64,000 bases of DNA from a virus: the IMG/VR virus record IMGVR_UViG_3300029431_000104; one strand, given 5' to 3'. The notes beneath the pieces are model-generated. The model was not told the DNA's origin and did not search any database. It saw nothing but the letters and a program-made list of their open reading frames with translations. Position numbers and translations under genes: made by a program. This document shows positions 25,985 through 34,489 of the stretch, in pieces; position 1 is the stretch's first letter, and the number at the start of each line of letters is the position of its first letter.

Positions 25985-27390
25985 TGGGATTCTGGGAATG
26001 GATGGGGTTTGAGAATCCAAGGGATTCTCCCAAAACAGAACAGCCAAAAGAAGGTCTGCCGAAGGTCACGGATAACGTCCGCGATTCCGGGCAGACCTTT
26101 GTGTTTGGGCGTTCCAATGCCGGGGAGCAGGTGGATGAGAAAGCCGCCATGCAGATCCCGACTGTGTATGCCTGTGTTCGTCTGCTGGCGGAGTCCATTG
26201 CGGCACTGCCGCTGCATCTCTACCGGGTGACAGACGATAATGGAAACAAGGAAAAGGCGCGGGATCATCCGCTGTACAAGATTCTGTATCGCCAGCCCAA
26301 CCCGGAGATGACATCCTTTGTCTTCTGGGAAACGCTGATGACCCATCTGCTCCTCTGGGGCAACGCCTACGCACAGATCGTCCGGGATGGCAAGAATACG
26401 GTACTGGGTCTGTATCCGCTTTTACCGGAAAATGTCGAAGTCGACCGGGATGAGAGCGGCGAGCTCTACTATATCTACCACGCATACACGGATGAAGTTC
26501 CGGGAGAGCAGAATAAAGACCTCTACTTCCGCCGGGACGAGATCTTCCATGTGCCGGGACTGGGCTTCAATGGTCTGATCGGTTTCTCACCGATCGCCAT
26601 GATGAAGAACAGCCTCGGCACTTCCATTGCCGTGGATAAGTACGGTTCTTCTTTCTTCAAGAACGGCGCACAGCCCAGTGGTGTACTGGAACATCCCGGC
26701 GTTGTGAAAGATCCGAACCGTATCCGGGATAGCTGGGAAGCGGCTTACGGTGGTGCTTCCAATGCCCATCGTGTGGCTGTGCTGGAAGAGGGCATGGCCT
26801 ACAAACCAATCTCCCTGCCACCGGAGGACAGCCAGTTTTTGGAAACGAAGCAGTTTTCCGTGACGGAGATTTGCCGCATCTTCCGTGTGCCTCCGCATCT
26901 GGTAGCCGATCTGTCCAGAGCCACATTCTCCAATATTGAATACCAGTCGCTGAACTTCGTGATGCACTCCCTGACCCCGTGGCTTGTCCGCATCGAGCAG
27001 GGCATCATCAAGGATCTGCTGCTGGAAGAGGAGCAGGATACCTACTTTCCAAAATTCAATGTGGACGGTCTGCTCCGTGGCGATTACCAGAGCCGGATGA
27101 ACGGTTATGCGACCGGCATTAGCAACGGCTTCCTCTCTCCGAATGATGTGCATCGTCTGGAGAACATGGATCTCATCCCGGCAGAGGAGGGTGGTGACGA
27201 CTACTACCTGAACGGCGGCTATGTGAAGCTGAAAGATGCAGGGGTGGCGCAGCAGAACAAAGCTGCTGCAGTCCAGCAGAATCAGCCCAAGCAGACACAG
27301 CCAGAGGAACAAGACCCGGAAGAAGAACCTGACAGCGATAACAGGCTGAGTGAGAGTAAGCCTCAAAAAACAGGAAGGAGAACCCAATGA
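25984..27390 (+). CDS. portal protein (HK97 family)
   Basis: 468 aa; HK97-family portal conservation and order (TerL-portal-protease-MCP). Confidence 0.9.
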   Translation: MGFWEWMGFENPRDSPKTEQPKEGLPKVTDNVRDSGQTFVFGRSNAGEQVDEKAAMQIPTVYACVRLLAESIAALPLHLYRVTDDNGNKEKARDHPLYKILYRQPNPEMTSFVFWETLMTHLLLWGNAYAQIVRDGKNTVLGLYPLLPENVEVDRDESGELYYIYHAYTDEVPGEQNKDLYFRRDEIFHVPGLGFNGLIGFSPIAMMKNSLGTSIAVDKYGSSFFKNGAQPSGVLEHPGVVKDPNRIRDSWEAAYGGASNAHRVAVLEEGMAYKPISLPPEDSQFLETKQFSVTEICRIFRVPPHLVADLSRATFSNIEYQSLNFVMHSLTPWLVRIEQGIIKDLLLEEEQDTYFPKFNVDGLLRGDYQSRMNGYATGISNGFLSPNDVHRLENMDLIPAEEGGDDYYLNGGYVKLKDAGVAQQNKAAAVQQNQPKQTQPEEQDPEEEPDSDNRLSESKPQKTGRRTQ

Positions 27391-28286
27391 AGAAATTCTG
27401 GAACTGGATCAAAAACAGCGATGACACCAGAATCCTCCGGCTGGAAGGTCCCATCGATGAGGAATCATTCTGGGGTGATGAGATCACGCCGCAGATGTTT
27501 CGGGATGAGCTGGAATCCGGCGAGGGGGATGTGACCGTCTGGATCAACAGTCCGGGCGGAAATGTGTTCGCCGCTGCCGAGATCTATACCATGCTTAAGG
27601 ACTACAAGGGCAGCATCACGGTCAAGATCGATGCAATTGCGGCATCTGCTGCATCTGTTGTGGCAATGGCCGGTGATACTGTTCAGATGAGTCCTGTTGC
27701 CATGCTGATGATCCATGACCCCAGCACGGTTGCGATGGGCAACACCAAGGACATGGAGAAAGCCATTGAGGTGCTGACCGAAGTCAAGGAGAGCATCATC
27801 AATGCCTATGCTGCAAAGAGCGGACTCAGCCACGCCCGTATTGCCAACCTCATGAGCAATGAGACCTGGATGAATGCGAAGAAGGCTGTGGAGCTGGGCT
27901 TCGCAGACGAGATCCTCTTTGCAAAGAAAGAGGAGGAGCCGGACAGTGACCCGGCAGACCCGGAGAATCCGGAAGAAGACCCTGACAGTGAACCGGGCGA
28001 GGGCGAAGAAAAGAAGCCGTTCCAGAAGGATACGACAGGGCACCTTTTCTCCAGCCGTCAGATGGATCTAATCGTCCTGAACCGTCTGGGGGTGAAGCCG
28101 GAAGACGTAGGTCAGAAGCACACTGAGCCGAAGGAGCCGCCTGCTGACCCGAAACCGTCCGCAGAGCCGACATCTCCGGCCGAACCACCTGCCAATTCCG
28201 GCCCTGTCCTTGATCTGGACGGCAAGACCGAGGATGGCAGCATCCCCTACAATATCCTGATGAAACAGCTTGAGTGCATGAAGTGA
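27387..28286 (+). CDS. prohead protease (ClpP-like, S14 family) with acidic/Pro-rich C-terminal tail
   Basis: WINSPGGNVFAAAEIYTMLKDYKG...AASAASVVAMAGDTVQMSPVAMLMIHDP: ClpP-type Ser/His motifs. Confidence 0.85.
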   Translation: MKKFWNWIKNSDDTRILRLEGPIDEESFWGDEITPQMFRDELESGEGDVTVWINSPGGNVFAAAEIYTMLKDYKGSITVKIDAIAASAASVVAMAGDTVQMSPVAMLMIHDPSTVAMGNTKDMEKAIEVLTEVKESIINAYAAKSGLSHARIANLMSNETWMNAKKAVELGFADEILFAKKEEEPDSDPADPENPEEDPDSEPGEGEEKKPFQKDTTGHLFSSRQMDLIVLNRLGVKPEDVGQKHTEPKEPPADPKPSAEPTSPAEPPANSGPVLDLDGKTEDGSIPYNILMKQLECMK

Positions 28287-28343
28287 TGTGCATTCAGGCT
28301 GTTTTTTATATCACCACAAATCAATCTATGGAGGACAAACACT

Positions 28344-29549
28344 ATGAGTAAGATTTTGGAACTGCGCACCAAGCGCAACACTCTCTGGGAGCAGACCAAG
28401 GACTTTCTGGAGAAGAACCGCGGCGAGAACGGTCTGGTAAAGGCTGAGGCCGTGGAGCAGTACAACAAGATGGCACAGGAGGTCAAGGACCTGGGTGCAG
28501 AGATCGAGCGTCTGGAGCAGCAGGCACAGATCGAGGCACAGCTGTCCGCACCGACTTCCAGTCCTGTCCATGCTGACCCGAAGAACGGTGCCAAGAAGGA
28601 TGTCAAGCCGACCGCCACTGCCGAGTATGCCGAGAACTTCTGGAACATGATCCGCAACCGTGGCCATTACGGCGAGGTCCGCAATGCCCTGTCTGTGGGT
28701 GAGGACACCGAGGGCGGCTTTACCGTTCCCGATGAGTTCGAGAAGAAGCTGGTGGAGGCGCTGGAGGAGAACAACATCTTCCGTGGTCTGGCAACGGTCA
28801 TCCGCACCAGCTCCGGCACCCGTAAGATCCCCATCGCAGAGGATACCGGTGAGGCAAGCTGGATCGATGAGGGTGAGGAGATCCCGGAGAGCGATACTAC
28901 CTTCGGCCAGACCATGCTGTCTGCATACAAGCTGGGCACTATGATCAAGATCTCCAATGAGTTGCTGAACGACTCCGCTTTTGACCTCGCCACCTATATT
29001 GCCCGCCGTTTCGGTGTGCGTATGGGCAATGCAGAGGAGCGCGCCTTTATCACCGGTGACGGTGTGGGCAAGCCTCTGGGTCTGCTGGCTGAGACCGGCG
29101 GTGCCAAGGTCGGTGTGACCGCTGCCCAGAAGGATGCCGTTACCTTCGATGAAATCTTCAAGCTCTACTATGCACTGAAGGCTCCGTACCGTAAGAAGGC
29201 ACAGTTCCTCTGCAATGAAGCCCTGGTGCTGCAGCTGATGACCATCAAGGACAACAACGGCAACTATATCTGGAAGCCGGGTCTGGAGATCGGCAAGCCG
29301 GATACCCTGCTGAACCGTCCGCTGAAGACTTCCGCCTTCATGCCGGAGATCAAGGGTGGCAGCAAAGTCATGGCCTTTGGCGATTACAGCTACTACTGGG
29401 TGGCTGACCGCCAGAACCGCACCTTCCGCCGTCTGAACGAGCTGTATGCCCGTACTGATCAGGTCGGCTTCCTGACCACCCAGCGTGTGGATGGCAAGCT
29501 GATCCTGCCGGAAGCCGTACAGCTTCTGCAGATGGCACCGCAGGGCTAA
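28344..29549 (+). CDS. major capsid protein (HK97 fold)
   Basis: 401 aa; HK97 MCP-like N-terminal delta-domain coiled coil, then conserved capsid core; strong RBS. Confidence 0.9.
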   Translation: MSKILELRTKRNTLWEQTKDFLEKNRGENGLVKAEAVEQYNKMAQEVKDLGAEIERLEQQAQIEAQLSAPTSSPVHADPKNGAKKDVKPTATAEYAENFWNMIRNRGHYGEVRNALSVGEDTEGGFTVPDEFEKKLVEALEENNIFRGLATVIRTSSGTRKIPIAEDTGEASWIDEGEEIPESDTTFGQTMLSAYKLGTMIKISNELLNDSAFDLATYIARRFGVRMGNAEERAFITGDGVGKPLGLLAETGGAKVGVTAAQKDAVTFDEIFKLYYALKAPYRKKAQFLCNEALVLQLMTIKDNNGNYIWKPGLEIGKPDTLLNRPLKTSAFMPEIKGGSKVMAFGDYSYYWVADRQNRTFRRLNELYARTDQVGFLTTQRVDGKLILPEAVQLLQMAPQG

Positions 29550-29575
29550 GAAAGCCAGGAAAGGAGGAGCCGGTT

Positions 29576-29914
29576 ATGGCACTGATCCCGCTTTACGAAG
29601 CGAAGACCTATCTCCGCGTAGACAGCAGTGATGAGGATGCCCTGATCGGCATCCTTTTATCTTCTGCGGAGCAGATGTGCAAGGATGTGGGACGTTTATC
29701 GGAAGACCAGTGGGAGGCAGTCAATGCCGCTGACCGGGATGCCGAGAACGGAGTACAGCCTACAAGGGAACTGGAAGCCCTGCGCAGCACCTGCCGTGTG
29801 GCGATTCTGTATGCACTGGGGTATCTCTATGAGCACCGGGACGAAGCTGATCATCACCAGCTGATGCTGACGCTTCGTTCTATTCTGTTTGCTGTGAGGG
29901 AGGGGGTGTTCTGA
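29576..29914 (+). CDS. head-tail connector (gp6-like)
   Basis: 112 aa; LIPLYEAKTYLRVDSSDEDALIGILLSSAEQMCKD typical of gp6-like connector proteins. Confidence 0.7.
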   Translation: MALIPLYEAKTYLRVDSSDEDALIGILLSSAEQMCKDVGRLSEDQWEAVNAADRDAENGVQPTRELEALRSTCRVAILYALGYLYEHRDEADHHQLMLTLRSILFAVREGVF

Positions 29915-30270
29915 TGATCGAGAAACTGAATGAGCGGATCATGATCGAGAAAAGCACGGTCGTGACCGATAAGGTCGGAAACCATCGGAACACATGGGAG
30001 GAATATTTCACCTGCTTTGCCTACGCTTCGACCTATCAGGCGCAGGAAGAAGAAGGTGAGGTCACAGCCGAACAGAAGAGCGTGGTGTTCACGGTTCGCT
30101 GGTGCAGTGAGATCAGAGGATTGACTTCCACAGGTTTCCGTATCCGCTTCCGGGAGCAGCTCTACAATATCGAATCCGTTGACCCGATGAATTTCCAGAA
30201 GAAAACGCTGAAGATTCATTGCCGTTTGGAAAGGAGGCAGCCGGATGAGCAGAACCGTCAGCATCGATGA
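29914..30270 (+). CDS. head closure protein (putative)
   Basis: 118 aa; gene order; overlapping ATGA start. Confidence 0.55.
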   Translation: MIEKLNERIMIEKSTVVTDKVGNHRNTWEEYFTCFAYASTYQAQEEEGEVTAEQKSVVFTVRWCSEIRGLTSTGFRIRFREQLYNIESVDPMNFQKKTLKIHCRLERRQPDEQNRQHR

Positions 30271-30622
30271 AATGGCAGATGCCATCAATGAGGGCTTGAA
30301 AGAGTATGCGACCCTTGCCTCCACCGAGGTCAAGAAAGCTGTCCGTAAATCTGCCAAGACCGTCAAGGAGCAGATTCAGTCCGGCGCACCGTCCAGAACC
30401 GGGCGGTACAAGGAAAGCTGGGTAGCGACCAAACAGTCGGAATCCAGCCAGAGCCTTCAGATGGTGGTGCATTCCAAGAACCGCTACCAGCTGGCACATC
30501 TGCTGGAAAAGGGTCATGCCAAGCGCGGCGGCGGTCGTGTGGCAGGAAGACCCCATATTGCTCCGGCAGAACAGGCCGGTATCGAGCAGCTCCAGTCCCT
30601 TATCGAAAAGGCACTGAAGTGA
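30245..30622 (+). CDS. HK97 gp10-like tail-attachment protein
   Basis: 125 aa; position and size; ...AHLLEKGHAKRGGGRVAGRPHIAPA motif. Confidence 0.6.
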   Translation: MSRTVSIDEMADAINEGLKEYATLASTEVKKAVRKSAKTVKEQIQSGAPSRTGRYKESWVATKQSESSQSLQMVVHSKNRYQLAHLLEKGHAKRGGGRVAGRPHIAPAEQAGIEQLQSLIEKALK

Positions 30623-30632
30623 GGAGAAACCA

Positions 30633-30950
30633 ATGACCCACGAAGAAGTAAAAGCTCTGGTGGAGGAAATGGGGCTTCCTTATGCGTATGACCATTTCGC
30701 AGAAGGGGAGAGTCCTGATCCACCGTTTATCTGCTTCCTGTATCCGAAAGCCGAGAATTTCGGCGCAGATAATCTTGTGTACCACCATTTCAACCGGCTG
30801 AACATCGAGGTGTACACCGATTACAAAGACCCGGATATGGAAGCAACTATTGAAGAAGTCCTGACCGCACACGAACTCTACTATGAGAAAAGCGAGGTCT
30901 GGATCGAAACCGAAAAGATGTATGAAGTCCTGTATGAGCTGACTGTGTGA
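30633..30950 (+). CDS. putative tail terminator/completion protein
   Basis: 105 aa; positional inference only. Confidence 0.4.
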   Translation: MTHEEVKALVEEMGLPYAYDHFAEGESPDPPFICFLYPKAENFGADNLVYHHFNRLNIEVYTDYKDPDMEATIEEVLTAHELYYEKSEVWIETEKMYEVLYELTV

Positions 30951-30984
30951 TGCTCATGCAGGATATTTTTATGGGAGGAACACT

Positions 30985-31599
30985 ATGTCGAAGAAAAGCA
31001 ATAAGGTCAAATTTGGCCTGAAAAACTGCCATTATGCAAAGGCGACCTTTGACGAAGATGGCAGTGTCACCTATGCGAAGCCGGTCCGCATCCCCGGTGC
31101 AGTCAGTCTTTCGATGGATGCCAATGGCGAGATCGAGCCGTTTTATGCGGACAATATCGCCTACTATGTCGTGAATAACAACTCCGGCTACGAGGGGGAT
31201 CTGGAAATCGCATTGATCCCGGAGAGCTTCCTCACGGACATCATGCACGAGGAGCTGGATGGCAACGGTGTGCTTGCTGAGAACGCCAATGTGGAACTGG
31301 AGCATTTCGCATTCCTGTTCGAGTTCGATGGCGACCAGCGTCACATCCGTCATGTGCTGTACAACTGTGTGGCAAGCCGTCCGTCCATCGAGGGTGAGAC
31401 CAATGAGGACAGCAAGGAAGTCAAGACGGACACCCTGAACCTGCAGGCAACCCCTCTGGCAAACGGTTATGTCAAGGCAAAGACCGGCACCAACACCACC
31501 GATGATGTCTATAACAAATGGTACGATGCGGTCTACGAGCCGCAGGCAGAAGCTGTGGACACCGAAGACACCAGTCACACCGAGGAGCCGCAGGGCTAA
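30985..31599 (+). CDS. major tail protein (phi13-like)
   Basis: KFGLKNCHYAKATFDEDGSVTYAKPVRIPGAVSLSMD resembles the phi13-family major tail protein N-terminus; acidic C-terminal tail. Confidence 0.75.
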   Translation: MSKKSNKVKFGLKNCHYAKATFDEDGSVTYAKPVRIPGAVSLSMDANGEIEPFYADNIAYYVVNNNSGYEGDLEIALIPESFLTDIMHEELDGNGVLAENANVELEHFAFLFEFDGDQRHIRHVLYNCVASRPSIEGETNEDSKEVKTDTLNLQATPLANGYVKAKTGTNTTDDVYNKWYDAVYEPQAEAVDTEDTSHTEEPQG

Positions 31600-31615
31600 G
31601 TGACCGACACACACT

Positions 31616-31633
31616 GCAGGGCTTCGGCTCTGC
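31616..31633 (+). repeat. 18-bp direct repeat with UUCG-tetraloop hairpin (left copy)
   Basis: GCAGGGCTTCGGCTCTGC; stem CAGGGC/GCUCUG with UUCG loop; identical copy at 32505. Confidence 0.7.
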
Positions 31634-31661
31634 TTACATTATTATAAAGAGGTATACGATT

Positions 31662-32489
31662 ATGAAGAAGATTTTTCCTTTGTTCGCAGTGATCATCGTT
31701 CTGGTGCTGGCTGTCTGCTCGTTCCACATCATCCCCACCGGTTACACGGGCGTGAAGACCAGCTTCGGTCAGATCCAGGAGACCACTATCCAGAGTGGCA
31801 AGCTCAACTTCTGCATTCCCTTTGTGCAGAGCATCCACAAGGTCAACAACAAGCAGCAGGATAAGCACATCGAGGCGCAGGTATGGGGCGAAGCCGCCGA
31901 TAAAACACCTGTGTATGCCGCTGATGTCATCGTGACCTATCAGGTGCTTCCTGAGAAGAGTGCATGGCTGTATGCGAATGTGTCCGACATCAAGAATCTG
32001 GTCGGTGACGAGCTGGTGGCATCGGCCATTAAGTCTGCGATGGCTGAACTTGCCCCCAATGAGGTAACCAACCGCACCAAGATCGAGCCTCTGGCACAGC
32101 AGAAGCTGGCAGAGTCCATTGTGCAGAAATATGGTGAGAACGTTGTGTTCGTAAACAAGGTCGTCATCAACGACATGAATTTCGAGGATGCCTATAACGA
32201 AGCCATCCAGCAGAAGTCCATTGCACAGCAGAACGCAGATAAGCAGAAGATTGAGAATGAAGCCGCCATTGCCAAGGCAGAAGCGGATAAGCAGGTGGCG
32301 ATCACCAATGCAGAGGCGGAAGCACAGAAAACTTCCATTGCCGCAGACGCACAGGCAGAGGCAAACCGCAAACTGGCAGAAAGTCTGTCCGATACGCTGA
32401 TCGATTACCAGAAGGTTCAGAAGTGGGATGGCAAGCTGCCCACTGTGAGCGGCGGTAATGCACTGGTGAGCATTGACCCGGTAGAGTAA
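31662..32489 (+). CDS. SPFH/band-7 (prohibitin/HflK-like) membrane protein inserted in the tail module
   Basis: 275 aa; N-terminal TM helix IFPLFAVIIVLVLAV; SPFH core (TGYTGVKTSFGQIQ...VTYQV); long A/E/K/Q coiled-coil C-terminus. Confidence 0.75.
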   Translation: MKKIFPLFAVIIVLVLAVCSFHIIPTGYTGVKTSFGQIQETTIQSGKLNFCIPFVQSIHKVNNKQQDKHIEAQVWGEAADKTPVYAADVIVTYQVLPEKSAWLYANVSDIKNLVGDELVASAIKSAMAELAPNEVTNRTKIEPLAQQKLAESIVQKYGENVVFVNKVVINDMNFEDAYNEAIQQKSIAQQNADKQKIENEAAIAKAEADKQVAITNAEAEAQKTSIAADAQAEANRKLAESLSDTLIDYQKVQKWDGKLPTVSGGNALVSIDPVE

Positions 32490-32504
32490 GAAACACGATA
32501 TATG

Positions 32505-32522
32505 GCAGGGCTTCGGCTCTGC
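32505..32522 (+). repeat. 18-bp direct repeat with UUCG-tetraloop hairpin (right copy)
   Basis: Identical GCAGGGCTTCGGCTCTGC; followed by GGAGGATTACGATTATG, which mirrors GAGGTATACGATTATG after the left copy. Confidence 0.7.
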
Positions 32523-32555
32523 CAATTTTACATGAAATTTTGGAGGATTACGATT

Positions 32556-32936
32556 ATGGCAGTTACAAAGAAAATTGAGATCGATGGCAAGGAAGTCACC
32601 TTTAAGGCAAGTGCCGCTGTGCCTCGCCTGTACCGCATCAAGTTCGGCCGTGACATCTACAAGGATCTGCGCCAGCTGGAAAAGAGCGTGGGAGAGAATG
32701 ATGAGGATAATTCCAACCTCGACCTGTTCAGTCTGGAAATGTTCGAGGACCTGGCATGGCTGATGGCCCGTCATGCTGACCCCGCGAATGTGCCGGACAG
32801 CCCGGAGGAGTTCCTGGACCAGTTCAACACCTTCTCCATCTACCAGATCCTGCCTCAGCTGATCGAACTGTGGGGTCTGAATGTGCAGACCGAGGTAGAA
32901 TCCAGAAAAAACCTCGCAAAAGTGAGCGGGAAATGA
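32556..32936 (+). CDS. tail assembly chaperone (G-like product)
   Basis: 126 aa; MAVTKKIEIDGKEVTFKASAAVPRLYRIKFGRD typical TAC N-terminus; sits between the major tail and tape measure genes. Confidence 0.75.
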   Translation: MAVTKKIEIDGKEVTFKASAAVPRLYRIKFGRDIYKDLRQLEKSVGENDEDNSNLDLFSLEMFEDLAWLMARHADPANVPDSPEEFLDQFNTFSIYQILPQLIELWGLNVQTEVESRKNLAKVSGK

Positions 32937-33097
32937 CCACCCCGCTCTTTCTGCTGCGCTGTGTACAGCTCGGTATCAGCATCGCCGATCTCGACCTGCT
33001 GACCATCGGGTTGGTCAATGATATGTTCACGGAGCGGCAGAACGACGACTATCCGTACAAAGAGCTGGCCTCGCAGGAGGATTTCGACCGGTTCTAA
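32556..33097 (+). CDS. tail assembly chaperone frameshift fusion product (GT-like)
   Basis: -1 shift at 32906-32912 joins ...ESRK to KPRKSEREMTTPLFLLRCVQLGISIADLDLL...DFDRF. Confidence 0.6.
32906..32912 (+). promoter_or_regulatory. -1 programmed ribosomal frameshift slippery heptamer A AAA AAC
   Basis: The heptamer is in frame (AGA AAA AAC) 24 nt before the TAC stop. The -1 frame stays open to 33097. Confidence 0.65.
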
Positions 33098-33115
33098 AGC
33101 AAAAAACAAACGACC

Positions 33116-33196
33116 GTGCTTATATTGTGAATGAAATAAGCACAATCGTCTGGCGGTAAGGTATAAAAAATCCCCCAGCCGTGCACAACTGGGGGA
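33116..33196. terminator. convergent terminator hairpins between the + tail genes and the minus-strand cassette
   Basis: GTGCTTAT-N12-ATAAGCAC (33116-33143) and TCCCCCAG-N10-CTGGGGGA (33171-33196) preceded by AAAAAA (a T-run on the minus strand). Confidence 0.5.
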
Positions 33197-33312
33197 GAAA
33201 GAAGGTGGCCTAAAGGTCATCTTCCCGGCCTCGGACCTCGCAAGGTTACCGAAACCTGATTGCTGCTGAAAGTATAGCCGATTTAGTAGTGCTAGTCAGG
33301 TAGAAAGAAAAC

Positions 33313-33555
33313 TTAGGCAGTCTTTTTAGAATTGCAATAGTCATAGAGATTCAGAAGATAGTCGGGGCTTTCTCTCCAAATTCCGGTATCATAGTCGAAA
33401 AGTGTTTCATATACTTTTGAATTTGTGAAGCGTAACAGTGCATCTTCATAGGAAATAGTATCACGCAAAGCGAGTTCTTTGACCGTATCGCGCATGAGAC
33501 TGACAGCACAGCTTTCTTTCTGCGTATCTGTGAAGTTATAGTTTGACATCTCCAT
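33313..33555 (-). CDS. DUF3791-like small protein (copy B)
   Basis: 80 aa from the ATG at 33555 (minus strand), with AAGGAG RBS 8 nt upstream; ...SYEDALLRFTNSKVYETLFDYDTGIW...YLLNLYDY. Confidence 0.5.
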   Translation of the reverse strand: MEMSNYNFTDTQKESCAVSLMRDTVKELALRDTISYEDALLRFTNSKVYETLFDYDTGIWRESPDYLLNLYDYCNSKKTA

Positions 33556-34117
33556 AGCGGTCACTCCTTATATATTCAAGATGATTAACGGCGTCCTGCG
33601 TGCGAAAACAGAATTGGTCTTTTAGGCGATTGGGAAGAAGTTTTTCAATAGCTATTTTGTCTGATTTCGGTGTGCCGGGGATACCAAAGTCAACGCCACC
33701 GATATACTGCTGTAAGGTGTGGGCTGTTTGGTCATCTGCAATTTTTCCACCGATGATGTCGATGGTGCCGTATTTTTTCAAAAGTTGTGGGAACAAATCC
33801 TTTTTTCGGTTTGCTGCTACAAAATGAAGCCATTCAACAGAGGCTCCTTGGAAACAGTAAGCTAATATGTTGGGATCGTAGTGGAATTTGTAAACAGATA
33901 TCTGTCCGTCTTCCGGGTTGAAATCTTTTGGAACTGTACCAATACGCATCGCTTTCCTAACCGAAAGCTGAACGTAATTGTACGCTTGCTCGTAGGAAGA
34001 TGTAAGATAAAAACCTCGGCCAAAATCGAGTCCACCAAAGCAGCGATTCAGGTCAATCGCCGGGATACCAATGTAGCTACCGTGGTACAGAAGCATCCCA
34101 TCCTGCAATTCGATCAT
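33536..34117 (-). CDS. DUF3990 protein with PARP/ADP-ribosyltransferase-like H-Y-E motifs
   Basis: 193 aa. LLYHGS (H-G-S) followed by GRGFYLTSSYEQAYNY. In PARP1 the corresponding sequence is H-G-S ... GKGIYFADMVSKSANY. GAGGTG RBS present. Confidence 0.65.
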   Translation of the reverse strand: MIELQDGMLLYHGSYIGIPAIDLNRCFGGLDFGRGFYLTSSYEQAYNYVQLSVRKAMRIGTVPKDFNPEDGQISVYKFHYDPNILAYCFQGASVEWLHFVAANRKKDLFPQLLKKYGTIDIIGGKIADDQTAHTLQQYIGGVDFGIPGTPKSDKIAIEKLLPNRLKDQFCFRTQDAVNHLEYIRSDRYGDVKL

Positions 34118-34335
34118 ACGGATACACCTCGATTCTTTAACAAGGTTTCAACATCGTGAAGAACACAGGCGTAACCGTTTAGATGAAGGATGTCATAGCA
34201 TTCAGAAATAAATCCAAGAATGTCGTATTTCTTAAACAGTTCAGCACAGTCGCTGGGAGACATTTTCCACTTGGACTGAGCCATGCGGAAAACCCAGCAC
34301 TGCATATCGGCAATGTCAATATTATATTCACTCAT
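34114..34335 (-). CDS. DUF3791-like small protein (copy A)
   Basis: 73 aa from the ATG at 34335 (AAGGAGG RBS); ...SPSDCAELFKKYDILGFISECYDILHLNGY; overlaps the DUF3990 start by 4 nt. Confidence 0.5.
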   Translation of the reverse strand: MSEYNIDIADMQCWVFRMAQSKWKMSPSDCAELFKKYDILGFISECYDILHLNGYACVLHDVETLLKNRGVSV

Positions 34336-34489
34336 AGAGCGTACCTCCTTTGAGTACAATTTCTCAATTTAAGTATAGCTCTTTTTCTGCCGCTTAGCAA
34401 CGACAGAATTGTAAATTTCAGATTATTTTCCGCCTGTCTGCCCTGTGCAGATGGGCTTTTCTTATGCCTGCGAGGAGGTGGTTACACAA

